Positions 9,248 to 20,414 of a DNA stretch of 20,414 nt are shown here, piece by piece; position 1 is the first letter of the stretch; each line of letters opens with the position of its first letter. The stretch is from Ginkgo biloba. Lineage: Eukaryota > Plantae > Ginkgophyta. The position numbers were made by a program, and so were the translations under genes. The stretch lies in assembly GCA_024626585.2 (NCBI GenBank), contig JANKJI020000002.1, positions 59,969,080-59,989,493 on the forward strand, read 5' to 3'. The notes below the pieces were generated by a model, which was not told the DNA's origin, ran no database searches, and saw nothing but the letters and a program-made list of their open reading frames with translations.

Positions 9248-12220
9248 CTAGCTGACTACACAACACAACTCACATTCACTCCCCTCACGAGAAGTTCACA
9301 GGTTGGATGAACACGACACATTCAATACCATATATAGGGACATCAATCTTCATCAACTAAGCTCATCCCTGGCAACACTCAAATGGGATTTGATTTGTTT
9401 CATGCATCCAAAACAAACTTGCTTCGAGCAAGACTTGATACATAAGAACCAACCACTCTATAGTAACCCTCACAACATATTTAATGACAAGAACAAAACA
9501 CTTAGGCAACCGTTTACACCATTGACAAAAAAACAATGGTTTGCCCCAACAACCATCTTGTCAAAGATATTAGTGCTAAGATATCAGTGCTAAGAGTTGC
9601 ACCTCTCAGCTATTCCACCCTCTTATGAAGTATAGGGAACTTTGAACTCCCTCTTAATATGTGTTGGACAGCATATTAGGACTCGAATATTCTTATATCA
9701 TTAATGTCACTTTCTTTAGGTAATGAGGCAATTAGGTACGGATGGTAGTTGGAGAACTCAACCACCTCCGTCGCCTATATATGNNNNNNNNNNNNNNNNN
9801 NNNNNNNNNNNNNNNNNNNNNNNNNNNNNNNNNNNNNNNNNNNNNNNNNNNNNNNNNNNNNNNGGGTAGTCTCGAGAGCCTCGAGACTACCTCCTAATTA
9901 ATGCATGATGGATTTCCTTCTTAGTATATCTATGCATCCTATCTATTTTTCATGAGTTTCCTTAAGCCTTTTATGATTACGATTTGTTGTTAACGTGGCC
10001 TGAAGTCTTATGCTAGTAGCAGAATGTGGACCCTAGTGGAAGAAACAAAAACCTTTACAGGAGCATCCTTGAGATGAAAGTAAAGGTGAAGATGCAATCT
10101 TCACACTACGGTCGAGTGCAGCAGCAGCAAGTGTTGTTGCAATGATGCAAGGTAGAGGCTACAATGCTTCGTTGTGAAGAGGTTATGAGGATGGCTCTCG
10201 CTTTTAACTGATGCAATAGAGTATATATTAAGCTTGCTTGCTTGCCTCTTCTTCACCATTTTGTGCACGGATATTTACTGAACTCTGCCAAAGTCCGACT
10301 GACGGATGTCATCTATAGTCTGAGGAGGGTTGCAATAAGTGCCAAGACCAACATCGACAACACTTCTTGACTGACAAAATTAGACACTAACAATGTCAGA
10401 GCTGAATCCTCATCCACCAACCACATTTCATCGACAAACGTCGGAGCTTCTTCAATTGATATTCGACAAGAACCCCCATGGATCCCCAGGGAACGANNNN
10501 NNNNNNNNNNNNNNNNNNNNNNNNNNNNNNNNNNNNNNNNNNNNNNNNNNNNNNNNNNNNNNNNNNNNNNNNNNNNNNNNNNNNNNNNNNNNNNNNGAGA
10601 TGCCTAGTGCCTAAAGGTAGACCTTGGCACTCTTCCTAGCTATAGGGGTGTTGACCCATGGAGATGGGATGAGGGTGAACCTTCAACGTCTGCACAAAGG
10701 CATTGAACACTGGTTTTCAAAACTGCCTCTACAGTTTCTGTACAAGAAAATGTCCACAATTTTTGCAAATTCAGAACCCTTACAACGTGGTTTCTACAAA
10801 TCTGTTATAGCCCAACAGTGGTTTCAAAACCATCATTTTTTTCTCTCTCAAGGAAAACGAGATTTTTGTCTCAGCAGTCACTAGCATTCCAGGTTAAATG
10901 GGAACCATATTATTTTACTCTAGCAAATCCATCGTCTTCTACTAAATATCCAGACTAGTGGTTTTCTTCTATAGTGTAGTTTGCGATTCCTCAGTTTGGT
11001 AGTCTGTAGTCCAACGATTCGGCAATCCGCATAGTTTTCTTCTAAAGCACAGTCCGTCCCTCAACACACAGTGCTCAAAAAACAAATCCTATCAACACTT
11101 GGATCTGGCAATTCAGTGATTTAGTGTGCGCATTCGACATATTTAGAGAGGATTTGGCGAAATTCCACAAAAATTTTTGAAATCGGGCTGCTTGCAAGAA
11201 ATTCAAACGACGATTTTGAATTTTCTAAAGTTTTACACTTCAGAAAAAAAAAAAAATCAATTTTGAATATTTAGAAAATATACCTCTTTTGATAAAAGGG
11301 CATTTTACAAACTGACTTTATTTTTTTAAAGTCACTTTTACCTTTTCACTCCATGCACTCTTTTTTTCATCTCTAGGCTCCGATTTTTGCTTTTTTCACC
11401 CCTACAGGTCTCATTTTTTAGCAGCCACTATCCAACATCAATCCTAGCTCTCTTTCGGCTATATTATTAGTCCCTTCAACTATTACTCTTAGTGGCTCCC
11501 ACACTATCGCTCTATTTACAGTCAGTTACTTGTGGTTTATTTTGGTATTTTTTGCTCCATCTCAGTTTTGTTTTTGTTTTTTTCATTTCTAATATCTTTT
11601 TTTACAAAAAAAAATTTCACTAGGGAACCNNNNNNNNNNNNNNNNNGGTATTTATTTTCGTTTTTTGCTACCTACTCGCCTATCGAGAGCGGTTGCCAGA
11701 TCTATAATACCTCATCTTACTCAGAGATACTATCAGACTTGCACTCGGGCTAAGTTTTGACGTTTACCCAAGGACTGTACTGTTCATTAGAGTGCGCGCT
11801 TTCAAGAAAGGTGAACTTTAGTTAATTTACCATTGCACTTTCTTGGCTATTACTCGCTAACAACTTGCCCCTAGATAGGTCCTACCCTAAGGCTCTAACG
11901 ACACTACAATTCCTTTACCCNNNNNNNNNNNNNNNNNNNNNNNNNNNNNNNNNNNNNNNNNNNNNNNNNNNNNNNNNNNNNNNNNNNNNNNNNNNNNNNN
12001 NNNNNNNNNNNNNNNNNNNNTTGACCTGATGTAGAGGGAAATCTTTATGTACATGTGGATGACCCAGGACCTATGTGTATTCACCTATGGGCTTTTTTTA
12101 GTTAAAGACAATCGCAGATCTGAAGCATATCTCATCATTGCTATGATATAGCATCTTTTGTTTGTTAAAAAAGCTTTTACTGATTAGAGAACCCCTCTCT
12201 TTTGTTGATGGTTTTCACAG

Positions 12221-12271
12221 GTCTTGATGGATGATATTAACGCAGGATATGAACGGCTNNNNNNNNNNNNN
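12221..12271 (+). CDS. DEG10: Short penultimate exon of the DEG10-like protease; 3' end inferred because it lies in an N gap
   Basis: Acceptor ttttcacag at 12212-12220. Bases 12221-12258 read VLMDDINAGYER(L), directly continuing ...VILSQ. Ns start at 12259. The end at 12271 assumes the conserved 17-codon VLMDDIN.GYERLAELQ exon. Not in the ORF track. Confidence 0.85.
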
Positions 12272-12575
12272 NNNNNNNNNNNNNNNNNNNNNNNNNNNNN
12301 NNNNNNNNNNNNNNNNNNNNNNNNNNNNNNNNNNNNNNNNNNNNNNNNNNNNNNNNNNNNNTATAATATCTCATATCTCTGAATGCATCAGCTAGTTTCC
12401 AGCTATTTATTGCTACTGGTCCTTTAATATAGATGGAGCATTATAGCTATGCATCCCTTTCATGTATCATTTGGAGTCTGCACAAAAGGAATATAATTAA
12501 GGAACAAAGGAATAATGGAGTACATATTCAGGCATTCAAAGCTGTACTCAATGTGTTTTTTTCCCTTTTTGACAG

Positions 12576-12854
12576 GTGAAAAAAGTGAATGGGGTGGAAA
12601 TTGATAACCTGAAGCATTTACGTCAGCTAGTAGAAGGCTGCACAGAGAAGAGCCTCCGTTTTGATTTGGATGATGAAAGGGTGGTTGTTCTGAATTATCA
12701 GGCTGCTAAAGATGCCACTTCTCGTATATTGAAGCGGCACAGAATACCTTCTGCCATGTCTCTTGACTTGATAGAAGAATCAAAGCAAGAGGAACCAGAG
12801 TACAAAGAAAGGTCAGATGCTGCTGCTTTTGAACAGGCTGTAGCTATGACTTGA
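12576..12854 (+). CDS. DEG10: Terminal coding exon of the DEG10-like protease
   Basis: Polypyrimidine tract and acceptor (ttttttcccttttt gacag, AG at 12574-12575). Reads [65 protein letters not shown]...AMT with TGA at 12852-12854, typical of the DEG2/9/10 C-terminus. The ORF track's 'M' is really GTG (Val) after the splice site. Confidence 0.93.
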   Translation: MKKVNGVEIDNLKHLRQLVEGCTEKSLRFDLDDERVVVLNYQAAKDATSRILKRHRIPSAMSLDLIEESKQEEPEYKERSDAAAFEQAVAMT

Positions 12855-15800
12855 CGAAATTTTATATGCTACATGCACATATTTGTTATTAGGATGGTAA
12901 TGTAGTTTAACAGCATTTGATGCATTAGCTGTAGATGCCTCGACTTTGATGTTTCGANNNNNNNNNNGGTGTCTTAGTTTGCTAGAGATATAATGGAACA
13001 ATGGAGTTAATATTGTGACAGTGATGACACTTATAGTTGGGGAATTAGATTCTGGCATGATTTTCTTTTGAATGTTGCCTAAACAAGAAAGTGCAAAACA
13101 TGGCCTTTTTCAGGCAGAAAATGTGAAAGTCTTGATAGTAAATACTAAAATGAGGATGATATGGTGGACATTATGTCTGCTGCTCAAAATGGAGTGATCT
13201 GGGAGNNNNNNNNNNNNNNNNNNNNNNNNNNNNNNNNNNNNNNNNNNNNNNNNNNNNNNNNNNNNNNNNNNNNNNNNNNNNNNNNNNNNNNNNNNNNNNN
13301 NNNNNNNNNNNNNNNNNNNNNNNNNNNNNNNNNNNNNNNNNNNNNNNNNNNNNNNNNNNNNNNNNNNNNNNNNNNNNNNNNNNNNNNNNNNNNNNNNNNN
13401 NNNNNNNNNNNNNNNNNNNNNNNNNNNNNNNNNNNNNNNNNNNNNNNNNNNNNNNNNNNNTGTGGAAAATACAGGCCAATATCTTTCAAAGAAACAAAGG
13501 AGGACATGATCTACACAAAAAGTTTCTTGATTCTTATACGACTTCATTTTTTCTCTCTGTTTTATTGTTTGAAGTTTGAAGTTAGGCTTCCTTGGCTTGT
13601 TTTACACCATATATTTGGTTTAAAGACATTAGATTGAAAATTTAAAGCCACTAAGGAGGGCATAGTTCTGCATAAAATCCCTCTGGTACTTCCTGTAATA
13701 CCTCTCATGCCCAGTCTTTCTAAGGTTTTTTACCAGCTTTAATTAAATAGATACCAATTTGCAAGATTTAGGAGGGAGTCATTACATTTTTCCCTCTTCC
13801 TTTTAAGGATTCTCCATGCATTGTATCTTGTTTATTGGGGTATTGATGCTGACCTCTTCTTGAGGCGGCTACCCTTCAAACATGTACAAACTCTTCTTTT
13901 CCATTTTGATTTTGACTTTCGCTTGTGATGGTTGTATTCTCTAATATTTTGGTCTTCTTCTTGCTTGCGATCCCTATATACTTATTAGTTATCGCCAATT
14001 TCTTTTCTGGTATCTTTTATTCAAACAATGGATAATAATAAAGGTCATTTCCTTGGCTATGTTCTCTCTGGTATCTTTCCTCCCTCTAGTTGTTCCTTTC
14101 TTCCTCNNNNNNNNNNNNNNNNNNNNNNGACACCACTTGTTCTAATATTGGTTCTGGTTGTCAATGCAGGCTTTTACCTCTATCTCATCCTCTTCTTTTA
14201 CTTATTTACTTCTTTGAATGTGGTGGAGTTTCAGTTCCATTGGTATGGTCATAATCTTCTCATCCTTATGCAGCCTTTTTCTTTTCAACCTGTTTCAGAA
14301 GTTTTCTTTCTTTGGACTAATTTTGTTGATAGATGCCTCTCTTTATTCCCAAATAAAAGTATGCTTAGAACTCTAGACGTGTGAATACAGTTCTATAGGA
14401 CATGGCTAGTGCTTCAAAGATGTCCTACTCAGTCTGACCCCATCATAAAAGGGGGTTTAATCGAAGTTTCAATTTGAGTAAAATATTTTCAAGGACACTC
14501 CAATAATTTTGGGAAGAAAAGATCTCAGCAGGCACTGGAAACATCCCAAGGAAAAAGAAATACATTCCAAAACCAATAAAAGTTCAGCAACTAACATTTT
14601 TTTTAAAGTTTTGTTTCTTAATGAAATAGGAGAAAATGTTTTTGGATTATTAAGTCAAACTTCTTGTAACTGCTTTGCTTGCATGAAAACTGTAGAGGAC
14701 ATGTTATCTCTATGCATAAGCATCAGAATGTGTTTTTCTGAGAGTGTTTCAATCTTACATCATTTTCTTGGAGTTTCACCTCTTGTTTATTCAAGCTTTA
14801 AAAGAGGGTGGCGGTACCTGCTATGGCCGCTTCCATCAAGGATAACACAATGGAGGCTTTTGGGGTGGTGGTGGTGTTGAGACATCTTACACATTCCATC
14901 TGAATTTTGTTTATGGTGCAGGACTTTCCCCTATATTGTAGATAATGTGGGTAACGGTCAAGAGAGAGTCACTGCCAGTGACCCTTGCTGATCAGCCTTA
15001 CTATTTAGGAATGTTGAAGGCTCTCATCTCTCAATGTAAACCTTTGTTCTCTGGTTTGGGTCTACCATACTTAGTTTGGATTTGAGGTGGAAGCATCAAC
15101 CAGCCATCCATCCACTGGACTATTCCACTTATGTGTGGGTCAATTTGCATATGTTAACAACTTAAACTGAGAACTAATCCCTATAATTCAGAAGTGTGTT
15201 TTGAAGTGATTTGCTGTAGCTTTATTGGTATCTAGTTGTTTGCAGCTACCTCCAAACTATTATCAATTATGTTGAGTATCCACAACATTGTTTGGGAGGG
15301 TTTTATTCCCCTAAAAGATCATCCTCCTCTTTTAAGGCACAAATCAACATGGGTGCAACTTCGACATTTCTCTCAACACTTATTGTTTGCCTAATTGAAC
15401 CAAGCGACATGTACTACTCAACATTGAACTAAGTATTCTCAACTATAACAAAAATGTTAAACCAACTTCTTTTCATGATCTTTTAATGTTTTGTTTTCAA
15501 GGAATGATTCAATATTTGCTCCCAATACAATGATACCTAACATAGGGAGCTCACATAATGATATTTTTATTGCATAGATTAGTGAGAGATCTTCACATTT
15601 GTGGGTTATGTACTTTTTTAATGAATGAACATAAAGTAGAAGAATCCATAATGTTTTTAATAGAAGTAAGATTTTTTTGNNNNNNNNNNNNNNNNNNNNN
15701 NNNNNNNNNNNNNNNNNNNNNNNNNNNNNNNNNNNNNNNNNNNNNNNNNNNNNNNNNNNNNNNNNNNNNNNNNNNNNNNNNNNNNNNNNNNNNNNNNNNN

Positions 15801-17999
15801 NNNNNNNNNNNNNNNNNNNNNNNNNNNNNNNNNNNNNNNNNNNNNNNNNNNNNNNNNNNNNNNNNNNNNNNNNNNNNNNNNNNNNNNNNNNNNNNNNNNN
15901 NNNNNNNNNNNNNNNNNNNNNNNNNNNNNNNNNNNNNNNNNNNNNNNNNNNNNNNNNNNNNNNNNNNNNNNNNNNNNNNNNNNNNNNNAAAAGTAAAAAA
16001 GGCATTAGGTCACACATTATACTATTTAAAGCAATGTGTTGAGAGAAGATTATTAATTCATTCTTCATTCTCTTTTTTTATTTTTTATTTTTTTAATTTG
16101 CAAGTTTTGTTATATGAAAAAATTAGATTTTTATTGTTAAATTGTAAATGCAAATTTGTACAATTATGTACCTGTCCATTTATGCTAAGACATTATTATT
16201 TTACTACAATGAAAAGACACATATTTGTTTTAGAAAAGACAAGGGCATTCAACCTAGTAGATATTTGTGTGATTATTCATGGGTTTTAGTAATTGTTTTG
16301 TTGATTGCTTATGGGGACTTAGCAATCTAAGATACTCATAGAGTAGCCTTTGGTGGTATACACGGGGTCATGTTATAATTTGTGAATTGCATGATGTCAT
16401 CTATCTAGCGTTGGTTGGCTGGGAAATGACTTCACTAACAACTGTGAAATGGAAATGAATTTCACTTCCTTTTCCAAATCCAATAGTGCCCTCATGTTGG
16501 TTGGTGGTGTTACAATTTATTGAGGGAATGCATTGACAATCTAAAGTACTACAATATATAGACTTTTAAGTTGTAAGGTTAGATGCACATGCATCAAGGT
16601 CTTCTCATTCATCTCATGGTAGGCCTTGGGAGTAACGTTTTGGGATTCCTAGGTGTTGCTATGAAGTACTTGTCATTTTTGGTGAGGGAGTTCTCCTTAC
16701 TTAGTACAATCTTACTACAAACATTTATTAGGAGGATTCCACCACAATGTATCTGAATGTGGTGGGAAGGCGACCATTTTGTCCACACTTGATTAGATTA
16801 ACTAGATTAACATGACCAATTAAGACTATGGAAACAAGTAACACATCTTTGATAGACAAATGTAATGCACTTCTTGTTATCATGCTTGGAATTAGCTTTT
16901 GTGACTTTCTTTCCATTGCTTTAAACAATGAAGTCCCTTATGCAAATATACAAAATTTATGTTATGAGTGAATTAATATTAAATTTCTTTTAAATAATGC
17001 AAACCATTAAGAGAAGTTAGTTTAACTTAGATGAATGCTACTATTTTTCATAGAGAATCATACATCATAACAATGTGTTAATTTTGCATGTTTTCAAATC
17101 TTATAAGTGCACTGATTTCTTACTTGGTGTTATTAAATGAGGGTTTCATCAATCTTCCATTCAACATAATGAACTATCAAGAAGCTTTCTAGATATTATG
17201 TAGAATTATCAGAGTGCACAACATGCTAAAGACAATCCCAAGACTTAGGATGAACACATAGAAATTTAACCAAAGCTTGAANNNNNNNNNNNNNNNNNNN
17301 NNNNNNNNNNNNNNNNNNNNNNNNNNNNNNNNNNNNNNNNNNNNNNNNNNNNNNNNNNNNNNNNNNNNNNNNNNNNNNNNNTTACGTCTTCTTCCTTCAA
17401 AACAAATGAGTTTTGTGGTACCTAGAACCTGGTACTTTATGTGATGAAATTGTGTAGTAGTTTATCTAAACATATAAAACACATTATCTTTATAAAAGAT
17501 AACCATCGTGAATCAATCTTTAAAGCGTTTAGAGGCTTGTTTGTAAGCCTATGTTCTTGTGGGGAGTTGTGAGTGGTACTCAACAAAAGGTCAAGGTTGA
17601 AAACATGTGCAGGACCAATGGATTGTCCATTGAGCAAAGCATAATATGTGNNNNNNNNNNNNNNNNNNNNNNNNNNNNNNNNNNNNNNNNNNNNNNNNNN
17701 NNNNNNNNNNNNNNNNNNNNNNACAAAAGTGTTTGAGAACTCGGTAGATATCTTTGTTGATTGCATTGGAGTGTCACTCCACAAGCAATACAAAATATTG
17801 AACTTAAGATAGTTGCCATCAAGCTCTTAAATAACAAAGGGACTCACCTCAATGATTTTTATAGATATCTGATCTAGTTTGCAACTTTTGATAAGAAAAT
17901 CATTTAAAGAGACATGCTTATGGCAATACCTTTCTAGTAAATAAGTAAATATAGGTTTTTTACATGTCAAAGGCTAACATCCATCTAATATAATCCTTA

Positions 18000-18640
18000 A
18001 TTAAATGGTAATCCTTGCTCGACTTTGTGTTTACGTCAAAGGCTATCCATGGATCAATGCACCTATAGATGGTGTTGATATTATAAGGTTTCATCACTCT
18101 ACAAAGCATACTCATTTTTATTGATTACCTACCTCATTATAAATCCTCCTTGGATGCTCCTTCCAATCTTCTTTTGTCGAAGGAGATCACTAGGGCTATT
18201 CAAACTCCTTGGATATTTATAGATCATACATTCAAACTCCTTGGATAGTTCCTCAACTCTCAATAGCAAACTTGAATTTATTGAGAGCATTTTCTACTTA
18301 TTTTAGAGGGGACTATTATGCTCTCATATTGCCTTCACCAACATTGGTCTAATGGTATTAGGTTGCCCCTTAGGAAAATATGGATATGCTCGCATTAGCT
18401 TAGAGTGGAGGCATGGCATCATATTCTCAAAGACCAACATACTTACAAACTTTACTCCTTAGAGGTTGAGATAGAGGAACACTTCATTTTATATGGATGG
18501 TTTATTATAAGATCAAAGGTAGTTACTATTGCCTGTTGAAGAGTGCATAGGGTTCACTTTTGTCTTTTTTAAATATGAGGACTAAAGATGTTAGTCTTTT
18601 TTCATGATAGAGCTTTTTCTCCACAAAAAACACTTATTAA
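18000..18640 (+). mobile_element. Decayed LINE ORF2 C-terminal (post-RT) fragment
   Basis: Frameshifted translation: ...RWC*YYKVSSL / DYLPHYKSSLDAPSNLL / LDIYRSYIQTPWI / EHFLLILEGTIMLSYCLHQHWSNGIRLPLRKIWICSH*LRVEAWHHILKDQHTYKL / EVEIEEHFIL / VYYKIKGSYYCLL / FKYED*RC. This resembles the LINE terminal motif SSH.L.IE.GR....R..R.C..C...VE.E.HF...C..Y..IR. Confidence 0.7.
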
Positions 18641-19399
18641 TAGTACACACAGAGAAAATATGCATATCACCTCTTCCTTTAATCCTACTTTGAGAGTTGT
18701 TGGGCAGAAAAAAACTTCTAACTATTTCTAATATTCACTACAACACCCATAGATCTCCAAGGCAATCCTTATCGACTAGAACTACTCAATAATAAACCTA
18801 GGTTATTAATGGACCTTCTTAGAGGACTATTAGACTTGACACACACTTTCANNNNNNNNNNNNNNNNNNNNNNNNNNNNNNNNNNNNNNNNNNNNNNNNN
18901 NNNNNNNNNNNNNNNNNNNNNNNNNNNNNNNNNNNNNNNNNNNNNNNNNNNNNCCTCCTAGGACTATGCAGTAGATCCCTAATGTAGACTCCTTGCTAGA
19001 TGATATCCTAAGGAAAATTCTTAGGGATTTCATAATGAAGAATGAAAGAGACCTCTAGTTATTCACTATTGTACAACATATGATTGTAGTATATCTTAAT
19101 GTAGCTCGCTTTAGGTTATTAGGTTTCTTTATTTCTTTCTTATTTGGGGATGCCTTCTAATACTCCCTTGAGTCATATTGTACTTGATGTTCTTCGTAGT
19201 CCCATTGACTAACTTGGTCATTAGCGAATATTAATATAATTTATTTCCTTGTATTGCAATAAATATTGTCAAGTGCTCTACTTAATGGCCATGATTATTT
19301 GTTGTCGACAACTTATGACTCCTTGATGAGATTTGATCGTGGTACAAAATGGGGAACAACTATCGCATTGGGAACACTAACAAGGTCACTTTATTTTAC

Positions 19400-20414
19400 T
19401 AGATGTTGAATGAAGAACATTTCTAGAAACCATTCAACCCCAAACTAGTATTGATCATGTACCGTATCTTATGAAGATAAGATATGAGCCTCAAAATATT
19501 CTCAACAAGAAGATGGTCTGCATCAAATTTGATCTAAACAATATGCTGGGCATTGTGTGCAATGTAAGATACATTGAAGTATAGTAGTCTACACTCTCAA
19601 TTATTGCCCATGACCTATACTTGGACTCCAGATCTCTAACGTATAAATCACAATGGATTTAATAAAAGTATTAATGAGTTGCATCTATATCAAAGTGTCT
19701 TGAAAATAGAGCTAAAAAGGTTCTCTCTCAATAATCGCAAGGGATGCATACCCTTTGCATAGTTTAGGTTGGGATGTTGGTTTTATGCCAAAAGATGACA
19801 TAATAAACTAGACACCTAGATAAATATAAGAGGCAGTGGTGTCAATTTTCTATCTTCTAAAGGTGAAGTAAAGTCTTAATAAAGCCTTTCTAGTCATGTT
19901 GAAAGCCAAACTTTGAAACATTACCATCACAAAATAAAGTAAGAGAGTATGATTGTCTCTCAAGTCTCTAGGGGGTAAAAAATAAGTGAGTAATATCATC
20001 TACACATGGAAGGATGGATATCAAGATAGACCAAAGAAGTTAACTATCATCTATATGAGTTGTTTGTCTAATGTATTGCTCAAGCTCATCAATATACAAT
20101 CCAAAAGGAGTCAATGAGAGAGGGCAACCCTTGTTAACTCGAAGAGTACTTTGAATATATCTCTAAACCCCATATGTAATGGAAATGTGTCCAATCACTA
20201 TCTCATACAACCTTAGCATTGTCAAGATGATAACTTTGGAACATTGTGTGTGTAAAGGCTCTCAAAGAGAAGATATCGTGGAGTAGTGTCAAAAGAAAAT
20301 TTAACAGTCAACAAAGCAATAATAGATTTTTGAAGATCCTTGTTCAACCTCCTCAATAATGGCTTTGAGAGTAATTTTGTAATCCATTGTTTGATAACCA
20401 TTCTAAAACCCTAT
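19400..20414 (-). mobile_element. Decayed LINE ORF2 reverse transcriptase domain, continuing off the window edge
   Basis: The minus strand shows non-LTR RT motifs in the correct order: GF*NGYQTMDYKITLKAIIEE..SSKIYYCFVD / SFDTTPRYLLF / MLRLYEIVIG..YIQSTLRVNKGCPLSLTPFGLYIDELE (QGCPLSP motif, ~20100-20140) ..ISILPCVDDI (YADD motif, ~19992-20021) ..RLERQSYSLTLFCD / SYIYLGV..KGYASLAIIER..IVIYTLEIWSPS / RLISYLHKIR. Many stops are present. Confidence 0.9.

Larger units (their letters stand above)
2204..12220 (+). other. ~10 kb GT-AG intron of DEG10 filled with transposon relics
   Basis: GT at 2204 and AG at 12219-12220. The flanking exons join in frame as ...VILSQ|VLMDDIN..., so no exon appears to be missing. 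Nominal length is 10,017 nt including eight N gaps. Confidence 0.88.

Noticed and set aside
14400-15400. Possible LINE ORF1 (DUF4283-like) remnants, such as + strand TYVWVNLHML and KSTWVQL or - strand SLGCFQC
   Set aside because: Only short, degenerate motif echoes on conflicting strands; cannot be supported without a profile search.
13110-16289. Long ORFs of 100-243 aa in the track around 13110-13637 and 15457-16289
   Set aside because: Their length comes from N runs translated as X, and the remaining residues are AT-rich noise.
16380-16450. W-L-A-x-N-D-F-like motif suggesting a LINE 3' region
   Set aside because: Needs a frameshift within a very short match and has no supporting neighbouring motifs.
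18198-18247. 18 bp direct repeat attcaaactccttggata at 18198 and 18230
   Set aside because: A small local duplication inside the LINE relic; two copies only, not a CRISPR array or a convincing target-site duplication.
1-20414. Prokaryotic-type systems (operons, CRISPR, defence loci) and tRNA/rRNA genes
   Set aside because: The sequence is spliced plant nuclear DNA; I saw no repeat-spacer array or recognisable structural RNA.

Overview
Eukaryotic, AT-rich plant genomic DNA from a gappy draft assembly. The very long TE-filled intron and the style of the decayed elements suggest a large-genome lineage such as a gymnosperm (inference). The only host gene is the 3' end of a Deg/HtrA serine protease of the DEG10 type on the + strand. 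Three exons encode its C-terminal PDZ-like region: 2000-2203, 12221-~12271 (partly inside an N gap) and 12576-12854, with a ~10 kb intron between the first two. The rest is decayed transposon material that the ORF track misses because of stops and frameshifts. It includes a copia-like PPT/LTR at the left edge and, inside the intron, a Ty3/gypsy integrase C-terminus followed unexpectedly by a very compact Gag-like/zinc-knuckle/protease-like remnant, bracketed by a diverged ~300 bp direct repeat. Two convergent LINE ORF2 fragments lie at the right end. I found no convincing new biological system. The best leads are the odd INT-then-mini-Gag layout, the split and inverted LINE, and a possible U12-type acceptor in DEG10. 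All homology calls come from manual translation and motif recognition, not database searches.
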